Source: Hydrogenophaga sp.
GTDB lineage: Bacteria; Pseudomonadota; Gammaproteobacteria; Burkholderiales; Burkholderiaceae_C
DNA: 64,000 bases
NCBI RefSeq assembly: GCF_030373225.1
Contig: NZ_JAUCZG010000007.1
Span: 15,807-79,806 of the forward strand
Direction of reading: 5' to 3'
The position numbers were made by a program, and so were the translations under genes. Of the stretch, positions 23,291 through 32,592 are shown piece by piece. Under the pieces are notes generated by a model. It worked only from the letters and a program-made list of their open reading frames with translations, was not told the DNA's origin and did not search any database. Positions within the stretch are counted from its first letter, which is position 1. Each line of letters starts with the position of its first letter.

Positions 23291-23665
23291 ATGACAGCCC
23301 CCATTTCCGATACCTTCGCCACCCAACTTCAGGAGATGCGCACCGATGTCCTGGCGCAGCTTCGCGCCCAGAGCGGCGGTGCCTTGAGCCGGGCCGAATC
23401 GGCGGCCGAGGCACTGGGCAACGCCAGCGACGACCAGGCACAGGCCAACACCGAACGCGAGCTGGCTTTCGCCCTGGAAGAGCGCGAGTCGGCCGAGCTG
23501 ATCGAGATCGACGCGGCGCTCAAGCGCATCACCGACGGCAGCTTCGGCCTGTGCGTCGACTGCGGTGTGTCCATCCCGGCCGCGCGCCTGCACGCCAACC
23601 CCGTTGCCATGCGCTGCATCGATTGCCAGTCCCGGCTGGAGAAGGCCGACGCCGCCCGGCTCTGA
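23291..23665 (+). CDS. TraR/DksA family zinc-finger transcriptional regulator
   Basis: The ATG at 23291 follows GGAGAC. Coiled-coil region plus the C4 finger CVDCGVSIPAARL...MRCIDCQ. Confidence 0.8.
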   Translation: MTAPISDTFATQLQEMRTDVLAQLRAQSGGALSRAESAAEALGNASDDQAQANTERELAFALEERESAELIEIDAALKRITDGSFGLCVDCGVSIPAARLHANPVAMRCIDCQSRLEKADAARL

Positions 23666-23707
23666 CCCCTCCCGTCCTGTTTGCCCTTCACTTCACCGCA
23701 CCCCTGA

Positions 23708-24085
23708 ATGACCACTTTTCACGCCATCGTCTGGATCGACCACAAGGAAGCCCACGTGCTGATGTTCGACCGCGAACACGTCGAGGCGCAGCGCATCAAG
23801 GCGCGCAGCCAGCACACACCCAAACACGGCAATCCCACGGCGGACAAGGACTTTTTCAACGAGATCGTGCTGGCGCTCGACGGCGTGAGCGAGGTGCTGC
23901 TGACCGGCCCGGCCAACGCCAAGCTGGAGTTTCGCGAGCACTGCAAGCACCACGCGCATGCGGTGGACAAGGCCGTGGTCGACATGGTCAACAGCGACCA
24001 TCCCAGCGATGCCCAGCTGGTCGCCATGGCACGCACCTACTTCCTGAAGTTCGATCAGGCCGCAGCCGACCCATCGGTGCGCTGA
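23708..24085 (+). CDS. small conserved protein (family annotated as translational machinery protein / eRF1-domain-like)
   Basis: The pattern HAIVWIDHKEAHVLMF...LLTGPANAKLEFREH...DHPSDAQLVAMARTYF matches my recollection of this family. Assigned from memory, not from a search. Confidence 0.45.
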   Translation: MTTFHAIVWIDHKEAHVLMFDREHVEAQRIKARSQHTPKHGNPTADKDFFNEIVLALDGVSEVLLTGPANAKLEFREHCKHHAHAVDKAVVDMVNSDHPSDAQLVAMARTYFLKFDQAAADPSVR

Positions 24086-24128
24086 GCCGGACGCGCGGCT
24101 GTCAGGCCGCCCGCGCCTCAGGTCCGGC

Positions 24129-25136
24129 TCAGGCCAGCGGCGAGATGGTCTGCTCGATGGCGCCGAAGAGACTTTGCCCGTCCTTGCCCTTCATCTCGAT
24201 GCGGATGGTGTCACCGAACTTCATGAAGGCGGTCGACGGTTGCCCGTCAAGGATGGTCTCGATCGCGCGTTTTTCGGCGATGCAGCTGTAGCCCTTGGGC
24301 CATTCCTGGCGGCCGTCCACCTCCACGCTCTTGTTGCTCACGGTGCCGCTGCCCACGATGGAGCCGGCACGCACATTGCGCGTTCTGGCGATGTGGGCGA
24401 TCAGCTGGCCGAAGTGGAAGGTCATCTCGGGGCCGGCCTCGCACATGCCGACCTTGCGACCGTTCCAGGTGCTCTGCAGCGTGAGGTGCACGCGCCCGCC
24501 CTGCCAGGCATCACCGAGTTCGTCGGGCGTGATCGCCACCGGGCTGAACGCGGTGGCCGGTTTGCTCTGGAAGAAACCGAAGCCCTTGGCCAGTTCGGCC
24601 GGAATCAGGTTGCGCAACGACACATCGTTGACCAGCATCAGCAGCCGGATGCCGTCCAGCGCCTGCTCGGGCGTGGCGCCCATCGGCACGTCGCCGGTCA
24701 CCACGGCGATCTCGGCCTCGAAGTCGATGCCGAAGTCTTCGCTCGGCACCACCACGTCGTCGGTGGGACCGATGAAGTCGTCGCTGCCGCCCTGGTACAT
24801 CAACGGATCGGCATAGAACGAGGCCGGCACCTCGCTGCTGCGCGCCGCGCGCACCAGCTCCACATGGTTGAGGTAGGCCGAGCCGTCGGCCCACTGGTAG
24901 GCGCGTGGCAGCGGCGCCATGCACATCGCCGGATCGAATGGAAACGCGTGGCGCGCCTTGCCCTGGTTGAGGGTGACGTACAGGTCGTGCAGCTGCGGGC
25001 TGATGAAGTTCCAGTCGTCCAGGGCCTGTTGCAACCGGTGGGCAATGCCGGTCGCATAATGCGCCGTGCCCAGATCGCGCGAGACCACGACGAGTTGCCC
25101 GTCGCGCGAACCGTCCTTGTATGTGGCGAGTTTCAT
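24129..25136 (-). CDS. fumarylacetoacetate hydrolase family protein
   Basis: MKLATYKDGSRDGQLVVVSRDL is followed by a C-terminal FAH-fold region (GSGTVSN, GDTIRIEM). Confidence 0.8.
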   Translation of the reverse strand: MKLATYKDGSRDGQLVVVSRDLGTAHYATGIAHRLQQALDDWNFISPQLHDLYVTLNQGKARHAFPFDPAMCMAPLPRAYQWADGSAYLNHVELVRAARSSEVPASFYADPLMYQGGSDDFIGPTDDVVVPSEDFGIDFEAEIAVVTGDVPMGATPEQALDGIRLLMLVNDVSLRNLIPAELAKGFGFFQSKPATAFSPVAITPDELGDAWQGGRVHLTLQSTWNGRKVGMCEAGPEMTFHFGQLIAHIARTRNVRAGSIVGSGTVSNKSVEVDGRQEWPKGYSCIAEKRAIETILDGQPSTAFMKFGDTIRIEMKGKDGQSLFGAIEQTISPLA

Positions 25137-25284
25137 GGTGCCTCCTGCTGGTTACGTTTAGTGAAATCGATTAACCTATTCGTAAAGACAGGATTCTAGG
25201 CGATGGCCTGTGCAAGCGGGCAGCTGCCCGCACTTTGTGTTGAACCTGTCAGCCTGCCGACCGTCCCACCGTTCAACGCCGCCC

Positions 25285-26166
25285 ATGTCCACCGCCACCC
25301 GCCCCGTCTCCCCCCACACCGACGCCGTGCCTGCGCAGGACGACGGGCCGCAGCGCGCCGGCATCCAGTCGGTGGAGGTGGGTTTCGAGTTGCTCAACGC
25401 CTTGTCGCAAGCCCCGGGAGCGCTGATGCTGCGCGACCTCGCCTGCGCCGCCGGCATGAGCGCGGCCAAGGCGCACCGGTACCTGGTGAGCTTTCAGCGC
25501 ATGGGCCTGGTGGTGCAGGATCCGGTGAGCACGCGCTACGACCTCGGCCCGGCCGCGCTGCGCCTGGGCCTGGCCAGCCTGGCACGCATCGACGCGGTGA
25601 AGCTGGCGCGGGAACGCCTGGATGCGCTGATCAACGAGACCGGCCACACCCTGGCCATCGCGGTGTGGGGCAACCAGGGCCCGACCATGGTGCACTGGAT
25701 CGAAGCGCCGCAAACCGTGCCGGTGACGCTGCGACTGGGCGATGTGATGCCCCTGCTCACCTCGGCGACCGGCCGCTGCTTCGCCGCCTTCATGGGCCGC
25801 GAGGGGCGCGACGCCCAGCGTATCGGCCCGATGGTGCGCGACGAACTGGCCCGTTTGAAGAAGCTGCCGCGCAGCGGTTTGCCGCTGGTCGACGTCCCGC
25901 ACAGCCTGCAGGACGTGCAGGCCCTGCTGGAAGAAACACGCCAGCGCGGCCTGGCCCGCGTGGTGCACAGCCTGCTGCCCGGTGTGGGGGGGTTCTGTGC
26001 GCCGGTGTTCGACGCCCAGGGCCGCCTGGCGCTGGGCCTGGTGGTGCTGGGCTCGGTCGCCACGCTGGACACCGAGTGGTCGGGCGCGCCCGCGCGGGCC
26101 GTGCTCGACAGCGCCCGCCAGCTCAGCGCCGACCTCGGCCACCGGCCGCCGGCCCCCACGCCATGA
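25285..26166 (+). CDS. IclR family transcriptional regulator
   Basis: IQSVEVGFELLNAL...LRDLACAAGMSAAKAHRYLVSFQRMGLV forms the wHTH, followed by an IclR effector domain. Divergent from the FAH gene. Confidence 0.85.
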   Translation: MSTATRPVSPHTDAVPAQDDGPQRAGIQSVEVGFELLNALSQAPGALMLRDLACAAGMSAAKAHRYLVSFQRMGLVVQDPVSTRYDLGPAALRLGLASLARIDAVKLARERLDALINETGHTLAIAVWGNQGPTMVHWIEAPQTVPVTLRLGDVMPLLTSATGRCFAAFMGREGRDAQRIGPMVRDELARLKKLPRSGLPLVDVPHSLQDVQALLEETRQRGLARVVHSLLPGVGGFCAPVFDAQGRLALGLVVLGSVATLDTEWSGAPARAVLDSARQLSADLGHRPPAPTP

Positions 26167-27392
26167 CCGCTGCGCTCACGCCGCCAGCAGCACCGCGCCG
26201 GTCAACCCTGCTCCTGCTCATCGCTGCTGTGGCGGGCGCACACCTGGCCCTGTTGCTGGGCCCGCTGGCCGGGACGCCGGACGTGGCGGACCCGACCGCT
26301 GCCTCCACCCCGCCCGCACGTTCCCGGCCCGTCGAGCGCCGCGACGCAGCGGGTGCGCAGCCTGCGGCTGCCGTGGCCGTGGCCCGCGTGAGCACCGTGC
26401 GCTGGATCGTCCCGGCACCCGCAGTGGATACGCCCGCCACCCCGTTGGCCGCATCCCCGGTGCCGCGCGCGGCACAGGCACGGGTGCCGCGGCCCGCCAC
26501 CCCGGTCCAGACCGCCTCCGTGCAAGCCACTCCCCGGAGCCCACCGCAGCCGCCCGCGATGGCAACCCTGGCAACGGACCCGGTGCCCGCCGAAGCGGCC
26601 GAACCCACCGAGCTCGCTGCGCCCGCTCAGCCGCCGCCGGAGGACCCGGTCGCCACGTCCCCGCCGTCCACCGACGACACCTTGCTGGCCGCCGCGGCCA
26701 CGCCAAAGCGCGCTTCACCCGCCCCGGCGACCGCGACGCCGACCCAAGCCCTGCCACCGGCGCAACCCCCGGCCAGCACGCGGCTCGACTACGCCGTGAC
26801 CGGCCGCATCAAGGGCCTGGCCTACACCGCCGACGGCCGGCTCGACTGGACACTCGCCGACGGCCGCTACAGCGCCCGCATGGAAATGCGCGTCTTCCTG
26901 CTGGGCAGCCGGGTGCAGACCAGCATCGGCCGGACAGGTCCCGGCGGGCTGATTCCCGAGCGTTTTGCCGACCGCAGCCGCAGCGAGAAAGCGGCCCATT
27001 TCGACCACGAAGAGAACCGCATCCGATTCAGCAACAACGCCCCCGATGCAGCGCTGCAACCCGGTGCACAGGACCGCCTGAGCCTGTTTCTGCAGATCGC
27101 CGGCCTGTTGCAGGCCAGGCCCGAGGCCTACACAAGCGGGCAGGTGATCGACATGCAGGTGGCCGGTGCGGGCGATGCAGCCGTGTGGCGCTTCGAGGTG
27201 GGCGACGAGGTGACGCTCGCATTGCCCGCTGGCGAGGTGCGGGCCCGTCAACTCAGGCGCCTGCCGCGCAAGGAGTTCGACAGCACGGTGGAGATGTGGC
27301 TGGCGCCAGCGCTGCAGCACCTGCCGGTGCGCCTGCGTGTGACCCAGGCCAACGGCGACGTGGCCGATCAGCAGATCAGCCGGATGCCGTAG
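26163..27392 (+). CDS. DUF3108 domain-containing protein with long Pro/Ala-rich linker
   Basis: The ATG at 26163 overlaps the IclR stop (ATGA). An N-terminal TM helix and a Pro/Ala-rich low-complexity stretch precede the C-terminal YAVTGRIKGL...WLAPALQHLPVRLR, which is typical of DUF3108. Confidence 0.65.
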   Translation: MTAALTPPAAPRRSTLLLLIAAVAGAHLALLLGPLAGTPDVADPTAASTPPARSRPVERRDAAGAQPAAAVAVARVSTVRWIVPAPAVDTPATPLAASPVPRAAQARVPRPATPVQTASVQATPRSPPQPPAMATLATDPVPAEAAEPTELAAPAQPPPEDPVATSPPSTDDTLLAAAATPKRASPAPATATPTQALPPAQPPASTRLDYAVTGRIKGLAYTADGRLDWTLADGRYSARMEMRVFLLGSRVQTSIGRTGPGGLIPERFADRSRSEKAAHFDHEENRIRFSNNAPDAALQPGAQDRLSLFLQIAGLLQARPEAYTSGQVIDMQVAGAGDAAVWRFEVGDEVTLALPAGEVRARQLRRLPRKEFDSTVEMWLAPALQHLPVRLRVTQANGDVADQQISRMP

Positions 27393-27538
27393 CGGCCCGT
27401 TTGTGCCGAAAAACACACGCATCTTGCAATGGGCAGGAACGATGCCATGTAAAGAGCACTCCGAACCTCAAGACCGCTCTGCTTTGCCGATATAAGCAAG
27501 GTCGGAAGCCGGTTTTTCCAACACAAGGAATTTCAGTC

Positions 27539-27823
27539 ATGAACATGCTCTACGACTCGGATGCCTTCGCTGTGGTCCACATCCTGGCCAACGCACCGAC
27601 CGAAGGTGAGGACACTTCCGCACTCGGTCCCCAGATCCCGCGCCACGGCTTCGAGATCGTGGACAAGCGCTCCGGCAAGGAGGTCTATCTCGACGGCTCC
27701 TGGGCCGAGATGTTCCAGATCCAGATCACGGCCTGGCAGCAGAGCACCCCCTCCCAGGAAGAAGTGGAAGACACCCTGGAAGGCTATGCCGAGCTGGCAC
27801 AAATGCCGGTCGTCATGCACTGA
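27539..27823 (+). CDS. DUF3567 domain-containing protein
   Basis: The ATG at 27539 follows AAGGAA. MNMLYDSDAFAVVH...GFEIVDKRSGKEVYLDGSWAEMF...PVVMH matches the DUF3567 pattern, and this family commonly sits next to DUF3108. Confidence 0.65.
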   Translation: MNMLYDSDAFAVVHILANAPTEGEDTSALGPQIPRHGFEIVDKRSGKEVYLDGSWAEMFQIQITAWQQSTPSQEEVEDTLEGYAELAQMPVVMH

Positions 27824-27864
27824 ACAAGCGAAGCGTGCTGCAGCGCTTCCCCTGAACGATCCCG

Positions 27865-27894
27865 AGGCCGTCGCTCCCAGCGCCGGCCTTTTTT
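27865..27894 (+). terminator. rho-independent terminator
   Basis: aggccgtcgct-ccc-agcgccggcct stem (one mismatch) followed by TTTTTT, about 40 nt after the DUF3567 stop. Confidence 0.7.
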
Positions 27895-27968
27895 GTCGCC
27901 ACCCGGTTGTCAGCCCGCGCCAAGCTGGGCGAGAGACACTGTGGGCGGGACGCACCACTGGATCACAC

Positions 27969-29132
27969 ATGCGCAACATGCACGGCACTGGAAAACTGAA
28001 GGCGGGCCTGACGATGGCCTTGATGTGGGTCTTTCTTCCGCTGTCGCTGGCGGTGCAGGCCGAAGACGGCGTGACGCCGAAGCAGATCCTGATCGGACAG
28101 ACGCTCACCTTGCAAAGCGGCACCAATGACTACGGCGTGGCCGTCAGCGAGGGTGTTTCGGCGGCGCTGGACCAGGTCAACCGGGCCGGTGGCGTGCTGG
28201 GCCGCCAGGTCGTGCTGAATGTTCTGGACGACGACAACAAGGCCGCACTGGCCGAAACCAATGCCCGCCGGCTGGTGACGCAGGACAAGGTCTTCCTGCT
28301 GTTCGGTCCCATCGAAGGCGGCCCCTCCACCGCAGTGATGAAGGTCGCGGTGGAACAGAACGTGCCCCTGTTCGGGCCCATGGCAGGCTCGCCCACCCTG
28401 CGCACGCCCCACCAGCCGCTGGTGTTTCCCGTGCGCGCAGAACACAAGGAAGAATTCCGCGCCCTGATGGCGCAGGCGCGCAGCCTGGGCATGCAACGCC
28501 TGGCCTTTGTCCGGTCAGACTCATCGACCGGCGAACTTCACCTTGAGAACGCGCGGCGCATCGCCCTGGCCCTGGGCATGGAACTGGTGGCCGACCTGCC
28601 GTTCAAGTCGGACATCGACGCCGCCGGCATCGACGCGCTGGCGCGCCAGCTCGCCAGCACCCGCGCCCAGATGGTGTTCAACCATGGGGGTATCGGTGTC
28701 TACGAAAAGCTCATCCGCCAGGCCCATTCGATCGGTGTCAAGGCGCGCTTCTACGGCGTCAATTCAGGCTCGACCCAGCTCGCCGATCACCTCGGCCCAC
28801 TGGGTCAGGGCATGGTGTTCGCGCAGGTCCTGCCCAGTCCCTGGGAGCGCAAGACCGGCATCACGCGTGCCTACCAGGAAGCCTTTTCCCGCTTCAAGCC
28901 CGGGCGGGCCTTTTCCTACGGAAGTCTCGAGGGATACCTCACCGGCCGGGCCCTGACGGAGGCCCTGCGGCGCGCAGGCCCGACGCCCACGAGAGCGAGC
29001 TTTCTGGCCGGCCTGCGCAATGCCGACCTGGACATCGAGGGCATCCGCATCAGCTACCGCGACGGTGAGCACGCGGGCATGACACTGGTCGACCTGTCCA
29101 TCGTCACCCGCGAAGGCAAGTTCCGCCACTGA
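27969..29132 (+). CDS. ABC transporter substrate-binding protein (branched-chain amino acid/LivK-like)
   Basis: Signal peptide ending AVQA, then ILIGQTLTLQSG...GGVLGRQVVLNVLDDDNK, typical of the Peripla_BP_6 family. No permease or ATPase genes are adjacent. Confidence 0.75.
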   Translation: MRNMHGTGKLKAGLTMALMWVFLPLSLAVQAEDGVTPKQILIGQTLTLQSGTNDYGVAVSEGVSAALDQVNRAGGVLGRQVVLNVLDDDNKAALAETNARRLVTQDKVFLLFGPIEGGPSTAVMKVAVEQNVPLFGPMAGSPTLRTPHQPLVFPVRAEHKEEFRALMAQARSLGMQRLAFVRSDSSTGELHLENARRIALALGMELVADLPFKSDIDAAGIDALARQLASTRAQMVFNHGGIGVYEKLIRQAHSIGVKARFYGVNSGSTQLADHLGPLGQGMVFAQVLPSPWERKTGITRAYQEAFSRFKPGRAFSYGSLEGYLTGRALTEALRRAGPTPTRASFLAGLRNADLDIEGIRISYRDGEHAGMTLVDLSIVTREGKFRH

Positions 29133-29149
29133 AGGCCGGGCGGCGCGGG

Positions 29150-30292
29150 TCAGGTCTCGCGCCGTGCCACCCACAGGCGGTACACCGGCTCGACCAGCAC
29201 CAGCACCGCCACCAGACGGCACACCTGGAAGGCGGTGACAACAGGCACGCCAAGTTGCAGCACCTTCGCGGTGATGGCCATTTCGGCAATGCCGCCGGGC
29301 GCGGTGCCCAGCAGCAGCGTGGCGGGATGCAGGCCGGTGGCTTTTGACAAGACCCAGCCGAACAGCGCGCAGATGCCCATCATGAAAAAGCTCGCGAAGG
29401 CCACCGAGGCGAGCCAGCGAGGTGCCGTGTGGACAAAGGCAGGCGTGAAACGCACGCCCAGGCTCACGCCGATGAGCAGTTGCGCAACATCCGAGAGTGG
29501 TTGCGGGATGGCGGACAGGTTGACGCCCGCGAGCGTGACCGCCATGGTCACCACCAGGGCGCCCATGAACCACGGGTTGGCCCGACCCAGCCATTGCATG
29601 AACAGCGCCCCGACCAGCGTGATGCCGGCCAGCGACAGCAGGCCTGCAGGCTGCACCTCGCGCAGGGCGGGAGGGAGCGTGTCCAGGCCCGTCACGCCCC
29701 AGAACTGCAGCGCGAACGGAATGGTGAGCGTGACCAGCAGCACCCGCAGGCTGTGCGCAGCGGCCACCAGGTCGGTGCGCGCGCCCTGGCGCTCGGCGAT
29801 CAGCGTCATCTCGGACGCGCCGCCGATGGCACCGGCGAAATAAGTCGTGCTGCGCAGCTGCGCCGCCGTGAGGTGCGCCAGGTGCCCCGCGTGCAGGCGG
29901 CGCAACCAGGCGCCGAAGCCCAGGCCCAGCAGCAGCGCCCAGGCGATGCCCAGCGCGATCGCCCACCACAGGCTGGCCACCAGAGACCCCACCGCCGGCG
30001 TGAAATACAAGCCCAGCGCGGTGCCGATCACCCACTGTCCCGTGTTGCGCAGCGGCGCCCAGCTCTCCGTGCGTGCGCCCAGCACCGAGACCATCGAGGT
30101 CGCCAGCAGCGGGCCGATCATCCAGGGAATGGGCGTGCGCAGCCATTCGCAGAGCAAGGCTGCGGCCAGGGCAAGCAACAGGGTGAGAAAGACGCGCGGC
30201 CAGGAAGTCGGGCCGAAGGCGGGCAAGGAGGGCACTCGGGTACTGGTGTGAAGCGCCCGGCAGTCGTGGCGGGCCCCGTAGTATCCGCCCAT
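29150..30292 (-). CDS. AbrB family membrane protein (putative ammonia monooxygenase-like, PF05145-type)
   Basis: Polytopic, with duplicated halves (IPWMIGPLLAT...; NPWFMGALVVT...). The start is uncertain: the ATG at 30292 is the only upstream ATG, and it overlaps the divergent ChaN start by 2 nt. Confidence 0.6.
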   Translation of the reverse strand: MGGYYGARHDCRALHTSTRVPSLPAFGPTSWPRVFLTLLLALAAALLCEWLRTPIPWMIGPLLATSMVSVLGARTESWAPLRNTGQWVIGTALGLYFTPAVGSLVASLWWAIALGIAWALLLGLGFGAWLRRLHAGHLAHLTAAQLRSTTYFAGAIGGASEMTLIAERQGARTDLVAAAHSLRVLLVTLTIPFALQFWGVTGLDTLPPALREVQPAGLLSLAGITLVGALFMQWLGRANPWFMGALVVTMAVTLAGVNLSAIPQPLSDVAQLLIGVSLGVRFTPAFVHTAPRWLASVAFASFFMMGICALFGWVLSKATGLHPATLLLGTAPGGIAEMAITAKVLQLGVPVVTAFQVCRLVAVLVLVEPVYRLWVARRET

Positions 30293-31106
30293 GACCTGTC
30301 GATCCGCTGTCGCCCTGGCTCTGGGCCTTGCCTTGCTGGGCGCCTGCGCGCACCGGCCACCCACCACCGTGCCTGCCTTGCTGGAACGCGTGCTGCCCAC
30401 GCCCTTGCTCATGCTCGGCGAGCAACACGATGCACCCGAGCACCAGGCGCTGCAGCGCGACGTGGTGCAGGCGCTCGGCGCCCGCGGCCAGCTGGGTGCG
30501 CTGGTGATGGAAATGGCCGAACAGGGCCGCCAGACCACCGGCCTGGGCGCCAACGCAAGCGAGGCGCAGGTGCGCGAGGCACTCAACTGGAGCGACAACG
30601 CCAATCCGGGCTGGCCCTGGGCCACCTACGGCCCGGTGGTCATGGCCGCGGTTCGGGCCGGCGCGCCGGTGCTGGGCGGCAACCTGCCGCGCGGCCAGAT
30701 GCGCGCGGCCATGAACGACCCGGCACTGGAGGGTCGCATCGACAAGGCGGCGCTGCAAGAGCAGCGCGAGGGCATCCGCAGCGGGCATTGCGACCTGCTG
30801 CCCGAAGGCCAGATCGGACCCATGACACGCATCCAGCTGGCACGCGACGACGCCATGGCGCGGACCGCAGCAGCGGCCGTGCAGCAGGCCGGTGCGGGCA
30901 AGACGGTGGTGCTGGTGGCCGGCAACGGCCACGTGCGGCGCGACCTGGGTGTGCCGCTGTATCTGCCGCAGGCGCTGGCGCACCGGGTGGTGATGGCTCA
31001 GGCGGGCGGACCTGAAACGGCCCCGCCGGCAGACGCCGTGTGGCGCACGCCGGCACTGCCGGTGCGCGACCACTGCGCCGAACTGCGTCAGCAGCTCAAG
31101 CGCTGA
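30291..31106 (+). CDS. ChaN family lipoprotein (haem-binding uptake/Tiki superfamily)
   Basis: Lipobox LLGAC, then LLMLGEQHDAPEHQ...VLVAGNGHVRRDLGVP, characteristic of ChaN/DUF399. Confidence 0.6.
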   Translation: MTCRSAVALALGLALLGACAHRPPTTVPALLERVLPTPLLMLGEQHDAPEHQALQRDVVQALGARGQLGALVMEMAEQGRQTTGLGANASEAQVREALNWSDNANPGWPWATYGPVVMAAVRAGAPVLGGNLPRGQMRAAMNDPALEGRIDKAALQEQREGIRSGHCDLLPEGQIGPMTRIQLARDDAMARTAAAAVQQAGAGKTVVLVAGNGHVRRDLGVPLYLPQALAHRVVMAQAGGPETAPPADAVWRTPALPVRDHCAELRQQLKR

Positions 31107-31121
31107 GCGCGGTGCAGCGGG

Positions 31122-32459
31122 TCAGGCCCGCTTGATGGCGTCGGCCAGGGTGCCGACCATGGTCTCGATCTGTGACTTTTCAACGATGTAGGGCGGCGCA
31201 AAAACCAGGTTCTCGCCCGCGTTGCGCACCAGCACGCCATGGTGGTAGCAGTCCATGAACACATCGAAGGCGCGCTTGCCCGGCAGGCCGGCGATGGGCG
31301 CGAGTTCAACCGCCGCGGCCAGCCCCAGGCTGCGGATGCCGACCACATTGGGCAGGCCCATGAGCGCGGCATGCATCGCATCGCCCAGCACCGGACCCAT
31401 GTCGCCAGCGCGTTGGAACAGGTCTTCTTCGCGGAACAGGTCGAGCGTGGCGATGGCAGCCGCACAGGCCACCGGGTGACCCGAGTAGGTGTAGCCGTGG
31501 AAGAATTCGATGGCGTGCTCCGGCGCGTTGCCGTGCGCGCCCATCATGGCCTCGTAGATGCGGTCGGTGCAGACCACGCCGCCCAGCGGGAACACGCCGT
31601 TGGTCACGGCCTTGGCGAAGTTCAGCATGTCGGGTTGCACGCCGTAGTAGTCCGACGCGAAGGCGGTGCCCAGGCGACCGAAACCGGTGATGACCTCGTC
31701 GAAGATCAACAGGATGCCGTGCTTGTCGCAGATCTCGCGCAGCCGCTTCAGATAGCCCTGGGGCGGCACGTACCAGCCCGCGCTGCCGGCCACCGGCTCG
31801 ACGATCACGGCGGCAATGTTGCCCGCATCGTGCAGCGGCAGGATGCGGTTCTCCAGTTCGAGCAGCAGGTCTTCGTTCCAGACCGGTTCGGCGTTGTGGA
31901 TGTAGGCGTGGTTCACCGGATCGTGGATGAAACGCAGGTGGTCCACGCGCGGCAGCAGGCTGGTGCCATAGACCTTGCGGTTGGCCGGAATGCCGCCCAC
32001 GCTCATGCCGCCGAAACCGACACCGTGGTAGCCGCGCTCACGCCCGATGAAGATGTTGCGGTGGCCTTCGCCGCGCGCGCGGTGGTAGGCCAGCGCGACT
32101 TTCATCGACGTGTCGGCCGCCTCTGACCCGGAGTTGCAGAACAGCACCTTGTTGAGGTCGCCGGGCGCCATCGCGGCGATCATTTCGGCCGCGCGAAACG
32201 CCTTGTCGTTGCTCACGCTGAAGGCCGTGGCGTAGTCCAGCGTGTCGAGCTGCTTCTTGATCGCTTCGTTGATGGGCTTGCGGTTGTGGCCCGCGCCCAC
32301 ACACCACAGGCTGGAGATGCCGTCGATGACCTGGCGGCCGTCGTGCGTGGTGAAGTGCATGCCGTCGGCCGCCACGAAGATGCGCGGGTCCTTGGCAAAG
32401 CTGCGGTTGGGCGTGAAGGGCAACCACTGGTTGTCCATGCGAAGGTCGTTGTAGGCCAT
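31122..32459 (-). CDS. class III aminotransferase (omega-amino acid/beta-alanine--pyruvate transaminase-like)
   Basis: The ATG at 32459 gives MAYNDLRMDNQWLPFTPNRSF...SLWCVGAGHNR...FDEVITGFGRLG. The PLP lysine context AKAVTNG is present. Confidence 0.85.
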   Translation of the reverse strand: MAYNDLRMDNQWLPFTPNRSFAKDPRIFVAADGMHFTTHDGRQVIDGISSLWCVGAGHNRKPINEAIKKQLDTLDYATAFSVSNDKAFRAAEMIAAMAPGDLNKVLFCNSGSEAADTSMKVALAYHRARGEGHRNIFIGRERGYHGVGFGGMSVGGIPANRKVYGTSLLPRVDHLRFIHDPVNHAYIHNAEPVWNEDLLLELENRILPLHDAGNIAAVIVEPVAGSAGWYVPPQGYLKRLREICDKHGILLIFDEVITGFGRLGTAFASDYYGVQPDMLNFAKAVTNGVFPLGGVVCTDRIYEAMMGAHGNAPEHAIEFFHGYTYSGHPVACAAAIATLDLFREEDLFQRAGDMGPVLGDAMHAALMGLPNVVGIRSLGLAAAVELAPIAGLPGKRAFDVFMDCYHHGVLVRNAGENLVFAPPYIVEKSQIETMVGTLADAIKRA

Positions 32460-32592
32460 GGCGGCGTCTCCGGCACAAGAAGGAAGCCGGCATTGTGGCA
32501 CCGGTGGCTGCGGCCGGGGGCTCCACTGCCGCGGTCCGGTTCAGACCCACCGGGCGCCCGGTCACGGGCCTTGCTGCGACAATCGCCCGGCC

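Noticed and set aside
32460-32592. Possible riboswitch (for example ZTP/pfl) in the 133-bp leader between the aminotransferase gene and purU.
   Set aside because: I could not find the conserved ZTP core elements (a CGTGACTGGCG-like segment and the distal CCGCCTGGGC). The region is just G+C-rich divergent-promoter DNA as far as I can tell.
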